Assembly (NCBI GenBank): GCA_963667725.2
Contig: CAXXHO010000003.1
Coordinates: 96,001-160,000 of the forward strand
Reading direction: 5' to 3'
Length of the DNA: 64,000 nt
DNA from: Treponemataceae bacterium
GTDB lineage: Bacteria; Spirochaetota; Spirochaetia; Treponematales; Rectinemataceae
The position numbers were made by a program, and so were the translations under genes. How positions within the stretch are numbered: position 1 is the first letter of the stretch; every line of letters starts with the position of its first letter. Positions 29,250-38,671 of this stretch are shown one piece after another. The notes below the pieces were generated by a model. It did not search any database. It saw only the letters and a list, made by a program, of their open reading frames with translations, and had not been told where the DNA came from.

Positions 29250-29959
29250 TGCTCGAGATTCGCAACCTTTCGGTGCACTACGGCGGCATCCACGCGCTCC
29301 AGGGAATAGACATCGACGTGCCGGAAGGAAAGATCGTGACGCTCATCGGAGCCAACGGCGCCGGCAAAAGCACGACGCTTCGGAGCATCGTCGGCCTCGT
29401 CAAATCCTCGGGGGGGAGCGTCGCGTGGAACGGAGAGACCCTGACCGGCCTGCCCACGAAGGATATCGTGTCCAAGGGCGTCGTCCTCGTGCCTGAAGGG
29501 CGGAGAATATTCCCCAATCTGACAGTGGAGGAAAACCTGAAGCTGGGCGCCTATGCCCGAAACGACAAGGCCGGCATCGCGGCCGACGAGGAAAGGATTT
29601 TCTCGCTTTTCCCGAGGCTCAAGGAGCGCATTCGCCAGAAGGGAGGCACCCTTTCGGGCGGCGAGCAGCAGATGCTCGCGGTGGCCAGGGCTCTCATGAC
29701 AAAGCCCAAGCTTCTCATGATGGACGAGCCTTCGCTTGGCCTGGCGCCGCTTTTCGTCAAGATGATTTTCGAGATCATACGGACGATCAACAAGGAAGGG
29801 ACCACCGTGCTGCTCATCGAGCAGAACGCCAAGGCCGCCCTCGAGATAGCCGACTATGGCTATGTCCTGGAGACGGGCAGGATCATCCTCCAGGGCAAGG
29901 GCAGGGAGCTGCTGGCGAACGACGGTGTGAGAAAGGCGTATCTGGGCGAGGGGCAATAG
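29249..29959 (+). CDS. livF: Branched-chain amino acid ABC transporter ATP-binding protein
   Basis: GANGAGKST, VPEGRRIF, LSGGEQQML and DEPSLGLAP motifs. Confidence 0.95.
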   Translation: MLEIRNLSVHYGGIHALQGIDIDVPEGKIVTLIGANGAGKSTTLRSIVGLVKSSGGSVAWNGETLTGLPTKDIVSKGVVLVPEGRRIFPNLTVEENLKLGAYARNDKAGIAADEERIFSLFPRLKERIRQKGGTLSGGEQQMLAVARALMTKPKLLMMDEPSLGLAPLFVKMIFEIIRTINKEGTTVLLIEQNAKAALEIADYGYVLETGRIILQGKGRELLANDGVRKAYLGEGQ

Positions 29960-29996
29960 GGAGACTAAGGCAATAGAGCGGCCGGCAATGGGCGGC

Positions 29997-31511
29997 TCAG
30001 CCGTGTTCCAGGTGATAGAACCATAACAGTCTCGTCACGTTCCTCAAAAAGCCGGCGATCATCGCGATGACGAAGAAGGCCGTTCCTCCTGGTTCCATGG
30101 TCATGAGGTCATGGTATTCGATCGGTCTTCCGATGAAGAGGCTGACGAGGAAGGGAGCGGCAAAGAGCAGCGCCGCCCTTACTATCGTCCCGAACAGCGT
30201 GCGCGACATTATGAAATTCTGGTATAGGTTGCCGCGCCCCGTCTCCCTGCGGTCCCTCAGGGTCTTGGTCCACGAAAGAGCCGTGGCCGTCTGGAGAAGG
30301 AGGCTCATCACATAGACCATGAGCGATATGCCGGCTATGAACATCAACCTGCTCAAGGGGAAGAGTCTCGGGCTGGAACCGGTGAAAAGCAGTTTTTCAG
30401 CCGCCGAAGTCAGGAGGGGCAGCACCACGTTCGACTGAAGCACGCCGCCCTGCGCCGAAAGAATGGCGATGCCGGCATTCCTCTCCGGCCAGATGACCAC
30501 TCTCGAGGAAAAACCCTCCACCGATCCGCCCTGGAATACGAGACGGTTGCCTTCCTCGGCCACGATGCGCCAGCCGAACCCCGTGTCGCCGCCGGGAATA
30601 AGGGGTTGATAGAGACCGGCCACCGCTGAGGAGGGAAGGCTCGCGATGCCCTTCTTGGGAGGCGCGGTGATGTATGAAAGGAACCTGGCGATGTCTTCGG
30701 CCGTTGTCACGATGCCGTCGGCCGGAGCCGCTATGTAGGGAACGCGGGAATCATAGGGAAAGGAGAGGCCGAAAAAGAGGCCGGAACCGATGGCTACATC
30801 CCGGAGGGAATCCGGCCTGGACGTGGTGCCGTGCATCCCCAAGGGAATGAGGATGCGCGTCTGCAGCAGCTCGTCGAAACTCGTTTTTTCGGCGTTTTCC
30901 ATGGCCGTGCCCAATATCCTGTAGGTCAGCCTGCTGCGGGCGAGCGCTCCCGGCTTGAGCCTGGTTCTCAGGAATTTTTCCGGATCGAGCACGCCGGCTT
31001 CCAGACCGGAAATCTTCGATCCGAAATCCTTGAGATCCTGATCGCTGAGGCTTACGGAATGGGAGGCGAGCTGGCGCACGGTGACGAGCTTTTTCTGCTC
31101 CGGGGCAAGTCCGCTGTCCAATGCCGGCGCCGTCTTGATGTTTCTCAGCCCATAGATGGGGATCTCGGGGAGGTAGATGCCGATGTCATCGTCGAGCGAT
31201 ATGCGTTTCTGGAGCGTGAGCGAATAGAGGAGGGCGCCCGAGAGGATTTCAGAACTCGGGCCCAGATACATAGGCGTATCCTTGGCCAATGCATGTCCCA
31301 ATCCGTCATGGCCGAATGATTCCTGGTAGAAAATGGATCCGTTCCTGCAAATGGCTACCGAATAGCCCGCGTTGGCCTGCCTAGAACGCTCGTGCCTGAA
31401 CATCGTGGAAAAATCGTCGTATTTTTCCGGACCGAGGTCGGGCAGATAGACAATGACCGCCATGGAAGCGGCGATGATTATCCAGGGAATAAGTTTTCTT
31501 AGCCAACGCAT
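29997..31511 (-). CDS. Membrane-anchored beta-lactamase/serine-hydrolase-family protein with a degenerate active site
   Basis: Scaffold motifs are present (DTPMYLG, ISLDD.I..YLPE, TVRQLASH, IL.PLGM..T, G..TTAED.ARF, G.GW, GG...GF) but SxxK and YxN are absent. N-terminal TM and about 3 C-terminal TMs. Confidence 0.75.
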   Translation of the reverse strand: MRWLRKLIPWIIIAASMAVIVYLPDLGPEKYDDFSTMFRHERSRQANAGYSVAICRNGSIFYQESFGHDGLGHALAKDTPMYLGPSSEILSGALLYSLTLQKRISLDDDIGIYLPEIPIYGLRNIKTAPALDSGLAPEQKKLVTVRQLASHSVSLSDQDLKDFGSKISGLEAGVLDPEKFLRTRLKPGALARSRLTYRILGTAMENAEKTSFDELLQTRILIPLGMHGTTSRPDSLRDVAIGSGLFFGLSFPYDSRVPYIAAPADGIVTTAEDIARFLSYITAPPKKGIASLPSSAVAGLYQPLIPGGDTGFGWRIVAEEGNRLVFQGGSVEGFSSRVVIWPERNAGIAILSAQGGVLQSNVVLPLLTSAAEKLLFTGSSPRLFPLSRLMFIAGISLMVYVMSLLLQTATALSWTKTLRDRRETGRGNLYQNFIMSRTLFGTIVRAALLFAAPFLVSLFIGRPIEYHDLMTMEPGGTAFFVIAMIAGFLRNVTRLLWFYHLEHG

Positions 31512-31627
31512 TGGGCAAAGTATAGCAGGCTATGGTCTTCTATGCCAGCTTGGGCTGCCGGGCGAAAGAAAAACCGCGCCATGTCGACGGCGCGGTTCTT
31601 TCCTTTGTGGAAGGGTTCGGGGAAGCG

Positions 31628-33793
31628 TCAGAGCGAGTAGAGGAGATCCTCGTAGCTCGGGATGGGCCAGTCGAATTTGGGCATAAGCCTTTCAAGTTCG
31701 TCGCAGACGTTGCGCAGGGAATCCATCCTCGGCACCACCGCGTCGCGATAGGACTGCGCGCTCGCCAGCGGATCCTCGATCCGCTGCGCGTCGCTTAGGG
31801 CGATCTCCAGCCTGTCCGATTCGTCTATGAGATGACCTGTGAGCGAGGCGATGCGGCGGGCCCGCTGCTCCTGAGCCACGCAGGGCGCCCCGACGGCAGC
31901 CAGGCCCGCCGCCTCGCGGGCAAAGGTTTCGGCGCTTTTGGACGCGGCGGGGAAGATGTAGCGTCGCGACATATCCATGGCCACGCCAGCCTCGATATTC
32001 ACCTGCTTGGCGTAGCGCTCGAGGTAGATGGTGCAGCGCGATTCGGCCTCCTCTTTCGAGAGGATGCCGAGCCTAGACAGCATCGCCACGTTGGAGTCCT
32101 CCATGAACTCGGGGATGGCTTCGACGGCCGACCTGAAGAGAGGCAGCTTGCGCAGCGCCGCTTCCTTGATCCACTCGGGCGAATAGCCGTTCCCGTTGAA
32201 CACGATTCTTTTGTGCGCCTTCCACGCCCCTCCGGCGACGCTCAGGGCCGCCTCTATCGGCGTCGCGCCCTTGGTTATCGCCATCTCCAGCTTTTCGGCA
32301 AAGTCGGTGAGGCTTTCGGCGACCGCGGCGTTCAGCACCATCGTGGGCGTCGACGCGGACTGCGATGAAGCCACCATCCTGAACTCGAACTTGTTCCCTG
32401 TGTAAGCAAAGGGGCTAGTCCTGTTCCTGTCCGAGACATCCTTCGGCAGCTTGGGCAGACTCTTGGCCCCCAGTTCCACGAGCCCGGCCGAAAAGCTTTT
32501 TGCTCCCTTGCCGTTCGCGAACGAGTCGAAGAGCTCGGTCAGCGCATCGCCCAAGAAGACCGAAATTATGGAGGGGGGAGCTTCGTGACCACCCAATCTC
32601 CTGTCGTTACCCGCCGTGGAAGCCGAAGCGCGGATAAGGGCGGCCCTCGTGTCCACGGCCTGAATGACCGCCATCGAAAAGAGGATAAAGCGGGCAATGG
32701 CCCTGGAAGTTCCCTCTCCCTCATTGGCGAGCGACTTGGGGGGATCGAGGAGATTGATGCCGGTGTTGGTTCCCATAGACCAGTTGACATGTTTTCCGGA
32801 TCCGTTGACTCCGTCGAAAGGTTTCTCATGCATGAGCGCTGCCATACCGTGACGTTCCGCGACCTTGCGGAGCGTCTCCATGACAAGCTGGTTGGCGTCG
32901 GCCGCGATGTTGGCTTGCGCGAAGAGGACGGCGAGTTCGAACTGGTTGGGGGCGACCTCGTTGTGCTGTGTCTTGGCGGGAACTCCCATGGACCAAAGCA
33001 CGCTGTTCACCTCGTTCATGAAACCGGCCACTTTCTCTTCGATGGCGCCGTAGTAGTGATCCTCCATCTCCTGTCCCTTCGCCGGCATCGATCCGAACAC
33101 GGTCCTGCCCGTCAGCACGAGATCGGGACGCTTCCTGTAAAGCTCGGCGTTGACGAGGAAGTATTCCTGTTCCGGCCCGACGGTGGGCACCACTCTCTCG
33201 ACGTCGCCATCCCCGATGAGGTGGAGGACTTTGACGGCGGCTCTATTGAGCGCTTCCATGGAGCGGAGGAGAGGGACTTTCTTGTCGAGGGCGTAGCCGT
33301 TGTAGGAAACGAAGGCCGTTGGGATGCAGAGCGTCATGCCGTTGGGGTTCGTTTTCAGGAAGGCGGGACTCGTCACGTCCCAGGCCGTATAGCCGCGGGC
33401 CTCGAAGGTGGCGCGCAGGCCGCCAGAGGCAAAACTAGAGGCGTCGGGTTCACCCTTCACCAGCTCCTTTCCTGAAAACTCCATGATGATGCCGCCGTCG
33501 GCGAGCGGAGAGACGAAGGCTTCATGCTTTTCCGCGCTGAGGCCAGAGAGGGGGTGAAACCAATGCGTATAATGTGTGGCGCCGAACTCCGATGCCCATT
33601 CCTTCATAGCCGCGGCGACTACCTCGGCGACTTCGAGGGTGAGCTCCTTTTTTCCTGTCTGAACGAGCATCAGCTCGGAATAGATGGAGTGGGGGAGGCG
33701 TTCTCTCATGATACTATTGGAGAAACAGTGATTTCCGTAAAGTTCCGATAGTTTTTCGGAAGAATGCGCCTTGTCGAGGTCAGGCTTTCCCAT
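31628..33793 (-). CDS. glnN: Glutamine synthetase type III
   Basis: GATHYTHWFHPL, GEPDASSF, TFEARGYTAWD, GPEQEYFLV, HNEVAPNQFE, HEKPFDGVNGSGKH and DRNRTSPFAYTGNKFEFR motifs; 721 aa. Confidence 0.97.
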   Translation of the reverse strand: MGKPDLDKAHSSEKLSELYGNHCFSNSIMRERLPHSIYSELMLVQTGKKELTLEVAEVVAAAMKEWASEFGATHYTHWFHPLSGLSAEKHEAFVSPLADGGIIMEFSGKELVKGEPDASSFASGGLRATFEARGYTAWDVTSPAFLKTNPNGMTLCIPTAFVSYNGYALDKKVPLLRSMEALNRAAVKVLHLIGDGDVERVVPTVGPEQEYFLVNAELYRKRPDLVLTGRTVFGSMPAKGQEMEDHYYGAIEEKVAGFMNEVNSVLWSMGVPAKTQHNEVAPNQFELAVLFAQANIAADANQLVMETLRKVAERHGMAALMHEKPFDGVNGSGKHVNWSMGTNTGINLLDPPKSLANEGEGTSRAIARFILFSMAVIQAVDTRAALIRASASTAGNDRRLGGHEAPPSIISVFLGDALTELFDSFANGKGAKSFSAGLVELGAKSLPKLPKDVSDRNRTSPFAYTGNKFEFRMVASSQSASTPTMVLNAAVAESLTDFAEKLEMAITKGATPIEAALSVAGGAWKAHKRIVFNGNGYSPEWIKEAALRKLPLFRSAVEAIPEFMEDSNVAMLSRLGILSKEEAESRCTIYLERYAKQVNIEAGVAMDMSRRYIFPAASKSAETFAREAAGLAAVGAPCVAQEQRARRIASLTGHLIDESDRLEIALSDAQRIEDPLASAQSYRDAVVPRMDSLRNVCDELERLMPKFDWPIPSYEDLLYSL

Positions 33794-33840
33794 GATTTTC
33801 TCCTTGGAGGTAAGGGGTTGCTGAATATGCCATTAATTAT

Positions 33841-33856
33841 AGCAAGTGCCGTGCCA
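33841..33856 (-). promoter_or_regulatory. Sigma-54 (-24/-12) promoter of GSIII
   Basis: The minus strand reads TGGCAC-GGCAC-TTGCT, an exact match to TGGCAC-N5-TTGCW, about 50 bp upstream of the GSIII ATG. Confidence 0.9.
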
Positions 33857-34014
33857 AATGTATTTTTTATTATGTGAGTTTTTGCTTTTTTTTGTATTTC
33901 CAGATCGAGCAGGGAGCTGCGCGTCGTCTCCCATCCCGCGCTCCTCGTGACGCGAGGGATTTTTTGCTAAAGTCGATTTTTTTGCTACATGTATGTAGTA
34001 ATGTCAGAAAAATA

Positions 34015-35571
34015 TTACAATTTTGTCCGATAGCTACGGTAGTCCAGCTTGTAATGCTGGAGGGCGAAGCGGAATCGCCTTTCGGTTATGCCGAGACGGC
34101 GCGCCGCCGAAGCCGAATTGCCTCGCTCGATCTTCAGCGCTTCCACGAGCATTTCCTTCTCCAGCCTGGCGATGGCGCCGTCGAAGGTAGATATGGGCTC
34201 GGTGCCCGTGGAGGTGGCCGACTGGAGGCTGGGCGGCAGGTTGTAGGAATGGATCACGCCGTCGGTGGAGACGATTCCCGCGCGCGAGATGCAGTTCTCC
34301 AATTCCCTGACGTTGCCGGGCCAATGATAGATCATGAGGAGGTCGAGGGCCGGGCTGGATATCCGCTTGATATGCTTGCCCGAAGCGGCGCCGAATTTCT
34401 CGGCGAAATGGTCGGCGAGGAGGAGAATGTCAGCGCCCCTTTCCCGCAGCGGAGGAAGATGAATGGGAAAAACGTTCAGGCGGAAGTAGAGATCCTGTCG
34501 GAAATTTCCCTTTTTTACTTCTTCCAGGAGGTCTCGGTGGGTGGCCGTGAGTATTCTCGCGTTGGTTTTTATGGGCTTGTTTCCGCCTACGCGCTCAAAA
34601 CTACGTTCTTGTAGGATTCTTAGCAGTTTTACCTGAACGGAGGGCGATAGATCCCCGATTTCGTCTAAAAAAAGCGTTCCGTCCCTGGCCATTTCGAAGC
34701 GGCCCTGTCTCGAGGCGATGGCGCCGGTGAAAGCGCCCTTTTCGTGACCGAAGAGCTCGCTTTCGATGATGCTTTCGGGGAGGGCCGCGCAGTTGACGGC
34801 GACAAAGGGTCCGCCTGCCTTCGCGCCGCAGTCGTGTATGGCTCTCGCCACGAGCTCCTTGCCTGTTCCGCTTTCGCCCAGGATGAGGACGGTGGCATTG
34901 GTGCCCGCCACTTGCTCTATCAGCGTGAAGACTTCCTTCATTCGGTCGGAAGTGCCGATGATACCGTGGAAGGAAACGCCCTGGACGCCTTCCGCGGGGT
35001 CTCTCATGGGTGAATTCTTCTCGGAAAGGTTCTGTTCCGCCTCTTCCCTTTGCGCGTCAAGGTTCGGCTTTTTCGCTTTCTGAAGCAGATTAGCCCTGAG
35101 CCCTAGAGCCTCTTCCACGAGGAAGCAGGTCCATTGCACGAGTTCGGCCGCCAGGGCTCTGCGCGCCGGCGGAAAATCCGCTCCAAGGAGGAGGCTTATG
35201 GCTCCCGCGATCGTTCTTTCGTTCCAGATGGGCGCTTCGACGCAAAATGTTCGTTTGTCCATATCGCAGGCGACCAGCTCTTCCTTTTCAAGCGCTTTTC
35301 CGCAGGGGAAGCTTCCCATTCTTATCAGGGAATGCGCGTAGTGATCCTGAGCCGCGGCGGGCGCCGCGGCGATAATTTCCATGCTTTCGCCGGCTTTCCC
35401 CGAAAAGCCTATGATCGCTTCGCCGGGCGCGCAGGCTTCCGCGAGTTTTTGCGCGCAGAGGGGGAGGGCTGTCGGGATCTCGCCGTGGAGGGAGAGTATT
35501 CTCTGTATGGAGAAGAGGACGGGCAGGTTTTCCGCGCTTGGCTGTTTTCTTAACGAACTTGTCGCTGCCAT
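34015..35571 (-). CDS. Sigma-54-dependent enhancer-binding protein (GAF-like/AAA+/HTH, NifA-like architecture)
   Basis: [38 protein letters not shown] and a C-terminal Fis-type HTH. Start MAATSS follows GGAGG. Confidence 0.93.
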   Translation of the reverse strand: MAATSSLRKQPSAENLPVLFSIQRILSLHGEIPTALPLCAQKLAEACAPGEAIIGFSGKAGESMEIIAAAPAAAQDHYAHSLIRMGSFPCGKALEKEELVACDMDKRTFCVEAPIWNERTIAGAISLLLGADFPPARRALAAELVQWTCFLVEEALGLRANLLQKAKKPNLDAQREEAEQNLSEKNSPMRDPAEGVQGVSFHGIIGTSDRMKEVFTLIEQVAGTNATVLILGESGTGKELVARAIHDCGAKAGGPFVAVNCAALPESIIESELFGHEKGAFTGAIASRQGRFEMARDGTLFLDEIGDLSPSVQVKLLRILQERSFERVGGNKPIKTNARILTATHRDLLEEVKKGNFRQDLYFRLNVFPIHLPPLRERGADILLLADHFAEKFGAASGKHIKRISSPALDLLMIYHWPGNVRELENCISRAGIVSTDGVIHSYNLPPSLQSATSTGTEPISTFDGAIARLEKEMLVEALKIERGNSASAARRLGITERRFRFALQHYKLDYRSYRTKL

Positions 35572-35722
35572 GTTTTCCTCCAACCGTAATGATCCATTTT
35601 CCGCGACCTTTGTCAATCGACGGCTCGCGCTCGAGGGAAGCATTGGTTTTCATGAGCCTCGATTCCTTCGATGGAATCTGCATAAAGATCGAAAAATATG
35701 AATATTTCATGGCATTCCCCCC

Positions 35723-35751
35723 TTGAAGTCATTTAAAATGCATGATAGGTT
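35723..35751 (+). promoter_or_regulatory. Promoter of the lysine riboswitch/asd operon
   Basis: TTGAAG-17 bp-TAGGTT with a TGn extended -10, directly before the aptamer. Confidence 0.55.
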
Positions 35752-35757
35752 CGGTTT

Positions 35758-35938
35758 CACCGATGGAGGAGCGATTCCCATCAGTACGGCGGCTGAGGGC
35801 TTGGGTCCCTGTGATGTCGCCCGAAAGGGGAGGATCGCCGAAGGGCAACAAGAGCACCCAAAAGCTTTTGCCTTGGACGACCGGGCTAATACCCGGCGGC
35901 TGTCGCGGGAATCTAAAACCCGCGGAGAGCCAGACGTA
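35758..35938 (+). ncRNA. Lysine riboswitch (L-box) aptamer
   Basis: Conserved elements occur in order: GGAGGAGCG, AGTA, GAAAGG, CGCCGAA, TTGG, AATA loop, GGCTGTC, GGAGAGC. Kissing-loop complement TTGGGT/ACCCAA. Lies upstream of the asd-lysC-dap genes. Confidence 0.92.
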
Positions 35939-36017
35939 CGCCTTCTTCCCCTGATGCGGCATATCCGCAGCTTGTTGAAGAGCTACACATGGGCCTTTCT
36001 TCGGATTGGAGGCACAC

Positions 36018-37253
36018 ATGCGTGGCTTTCGATCCGTGGGGCGGAGCGGTATCCACAACGCCGATTTCCGTATTTCCCCACAGAGCGATGATGAATCTCG
36101 AACAGTATCTCCCACTTCCTCCGGCATCGCCACCAATAGTGACGGCGTCACGAATAGTGACGATGCTATGAGGCCCGAACCCCGGCTGAGAGTGGCTGTG
36201 CTCGGCGCCACCGGCGTGGTCGGACAGCGCTTCGTGCGCAGGCTCGTGAATCACCCCCATTTCGAACTGGTCGCCCTGGCGGCGAGCGAGCGTTCGGTGG
36301 GCAAGGCGTATAAGGACGCGTGCACCTGGCACCTCGACGGCGAGGCCTTCGCCGGCTGCGGCGACCTCATCATCCAGGCCTGCAATCCGGAATCGGTGGA
36401 CGCCGATCTCGTTTTTTCCGCCTTGGATACGGAGCCCGCGCGCGAGATAGAGCCGGCCTTCGCGGCCGCCGGCGCCTTCGTGTTTTCGAACGCCAGCGCC
36501 TTCAGAATGGAAGAGGATGTCCCCCTTTTGATTCCGGAACTCAACGCTTCCCATCTTGGAATCCTGGAACGCCAAAAGGCCAACAGAGGTTGGAAAGGCG
36601 CCATAGTCACCAACCCCAACTGCACGACGGTTGTCCTCGCGAGCGCCCTCGCTCCTCTCGACAGGGCTTTCGGCATCGAAGCCGTCATGATGACGAGCAT
36701 GCAGGCCATCTCAGGCGCGGGCTATCCGGGCGTGAGCGCCATGGATATTTCCGGCAACGTGATTCCCCATATCAGGAACGAAGAGCCCAAGGTCGAAGTC
36801 GAGGCGGACAAGATTCTGGGCTGGCTTCGCGGCAGTGGCCTTGAAGCCAGACAGGAAGCGGCGGCCTTCCCGGTATCCGCCACCTGCACGAGAGTTCCCG
36901 TCATAGAAGGCCATACGATAGCCGTTTCGGTCCGCCTCAAGGGGAATCCCTCGGTCGCTGAGGTGGAGAAAGCCTTCAGGGATTTCGTCCCGGAAACCGC
37001 GGGCTTGAGCTTGCACAGCGCTCCCGAGCGCTTCATAGTGGTAAGCGACAATCCCGACAGGCCTCAGCCCAAGCGGGACGTGGAGGTGGATGGCGGCATG
37101 CGCATCACGATAGGGCGGATACGATCCTGCCCCGTGCTCGGCATCAAGTTCATCGCCCTCGGTCACAACACGGAAAGGGGCGCGGCAGGCGCCTCCGTCC
37201 TGAATGCTGAACTGGCTTACGCCAAGGAGGTGCTGCAATGGGTATCACGGTGA
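36018..37253 (+). CDS. asd: Aspartate-semialdehyde dehydrogenase (archaeal/fungal-type clade)
   Basis: VAVLGATGVVGQRF, AASERSVGK.Y, SNASAFRM, TNPNC, QAISGAGYPG and GHNTERGAAG motifs. ATG 36018 has a GGAGG SD; 36168 is an alternative start. Confidence 0.95.
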   Translation: MRGFRSVGRSGIHNADFRISPQSDDESRTVSPTSSGIATNSDGVTNSDDAMRPEPRLRVAVLGATGVVGQRFVRRLVNHPHFELVALAASERSVGKAYKDACTWHLDGEAFAGCGDLIIQACNPESVDADLVFSALDTEPAREIEPAFAAAGAFVFSNASAFRMEEDVPLLIPELNASHLGILERQKANRGWKGAIVTNPNCTTVVLASALAPLDRAFGIEAVMMTSMQAISGAGYPGVSAMDISGNVIPHIRNEEPKVEVEADKILGWLRGSGLEARQEAAAFPVSATCTRVPVIEGHTIAVSVRLKGNPSVAEVEKAFRDFVPETAGLSLHSAPERFIVVSDNPDRPQPKRDVEVDGGMRITIGRIRSCPVLGIKFIALGHNTERGAAGASVLNAELAYAKEVLQWVSR

Positions 37254-38671
37254 TGAAATTCGGCGGCAACGCCTTAGCCGATCCCGCCGGAATCCGCGGA
37301 ATCGCCGACCGCGTCCGGGAAGGCGTCAGGGCGCCAAAGACCGCCGCCGCTTCTTTGGATCAGAATAGCGTCCTCGTCGTGGCGTCCGCCATGGAGGGGG
37401 TGACCGATTCGCTTTTCCTCGCCGCGAGCGCCGCCAAGGATGCCGATCTTTCGGTAGCCAGACGTGTCTGCGCCACGCTGAAGAGCCGTCATCTGGAAGC
37501 GGCGCGCGAACTGAAACCCGAAGGGAGCGCGGGAGCCGAGGCCGAAATCGAATCCATCATCGTAGCACTTGATTCGCGCCTTCAGGGCGTTCGTCTCGTA
37601 GGCGAGCTCAGCGACAGGAATATGGATGAAATCGCCGCCGTGGGCGAGAGGCTCAGCAGCATACTCGTGGCGCTGGCGCTCGATGCCCCCTGCGTTGACG
37701 CGCGCACGATGCTGCGCACCGATTCCCGCTTCGGGCGCGCGAGGCCCGACGTAGCGGCCACCGCGCGTCTTGTCGCCGAACGCCTCCTCCCTCTGCTGGA
37801 ACCCGGACGCATAGCCGTGACGCAGGGCTATATCGGTTCCGACAGCCTCGGCAGCACCACTACCCTGGGGCGGGGCGGCTCCGATTATTCGGCGAGTCTC
37901 TTCGGGGCGGCTCTCAAGGCCTCGGAAATACATATCTGGACTGATTCGGAAGGCATCCTCACCGGTGATCCCGAGGTTGTGCCCCAGGCCCGCACGGTGG
38001 ACGTGCTCGGCTACGAGGAGGCTTCGGAACTGGTGGCCTTCGGCGCCAGAATCCTCCACCCGGCGACGATACGGCCGGCGCTCGAGGCGGGCATTCCCGT
38101 CACCGTACGCAGCGTGGCCAAACCCCAGGGCCTTTTCTCGACGATCAGACCTGGAACTTCCAGCGGAAAGGCTGTGGTCGCCATAGCGATGCGCCGGAAC
38201 GTGGCGGTGATCAGCGTCCGCCAGGAATTGATGATGGAGCAGGCCGGATTCCTCGCCTGCCTCTTCGCCGCCTTCGGCCGGCTCGGCGTCAGCGTCGATC
38301 TCGTTTCCACGTCCGAAATATGCGTTTCCATCTCCCTCGATATGGATGCCCCCCTCGACAAGATCTCGGCCGAACTCGCCGAACTCGGCACCGTCGATAT
38401 CATGAGGGACAGGGCGGTCATAGCCGTCGTCGGCGACATGCTCAAGGAAACGCCCGCCCTCCTGCGGAAGACCTTCGACGCCCTGGGCGACGTGGACATC
38501 GACATGCTGAGCATGGGCGCCAACGACATAAACCTCAGCCTCGTGCTCAAAGCCGAAGCGGCCGACCAAGCCCTTCGGCGCCTCCATGCCGCCTTTTTCG
38601 AGGGTTCGTCAGTCGGTGGTGCGCCGGACGACGGCGCTTCCGGCAGGAACCCGCCGAGGGAGGGATCATGA
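37238..38671 (+). CDS. lysC: Aspartate kinase
   Basis: VMKFGG, GERLSS, TTTLGRGGSDYSA and GARILHP motifs; two ACT domains. Confidence 0.95.
   Translation: MGITVMKFGGNALADPAGIRGIADRVREGVRAPKTAAASLDQNSVLVVASAMEGVTDSLFLAASAAKDADLSVARRVCATLKSRHLEAARELKPEGSAGAEAEIESIIVALDSRLQGVRLVGELSDRNMDEIAAVGERLSSILVALALDAPCVDARTMLRTDSRFGRARPDVAATARLVAERLLPLLEPGRIAVTQGYIGSDSLGSTTTLGRGGSDYSASLFGAALKASEIHIWTDSEGILTGDPEVVPQARTVDVLGYEEASELVAFGARILHPATIRPALEAGIPVTVRSVAKPQGLFSTIRPGTSSGKAVVAIAMRRNVAVISVRQELMMEQAGFLACLFAAFGRLGVSVDLVSTSEICVSISLDMDAPLDKISAELAELGTVDIMRDRAVIAVVGDMLKETPALLRKTFDALGDVDIDMLSMGANDINLSLVLKAEAADQALRRLHAAFFEGSSVGGAPDDGASGRNPPREGS

Noticed and set aside
34015..35571. Calling the EBP nifA
   Set aside because: No nif genes are in the window and I found no canonical TGT-N10-ACA site. 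Architecture alone is insufficient.
35729..36211. ORFs on both strands across the asd upstream region
   Set aside because: The region is explained by the lysine riboswitch and its expression platform.
38320..38667. Apparent N-terminal extension of DapB
   Set aside because: Off-frame overlap with lysC. The coupled ATG at 38668 gives a normal DapB.
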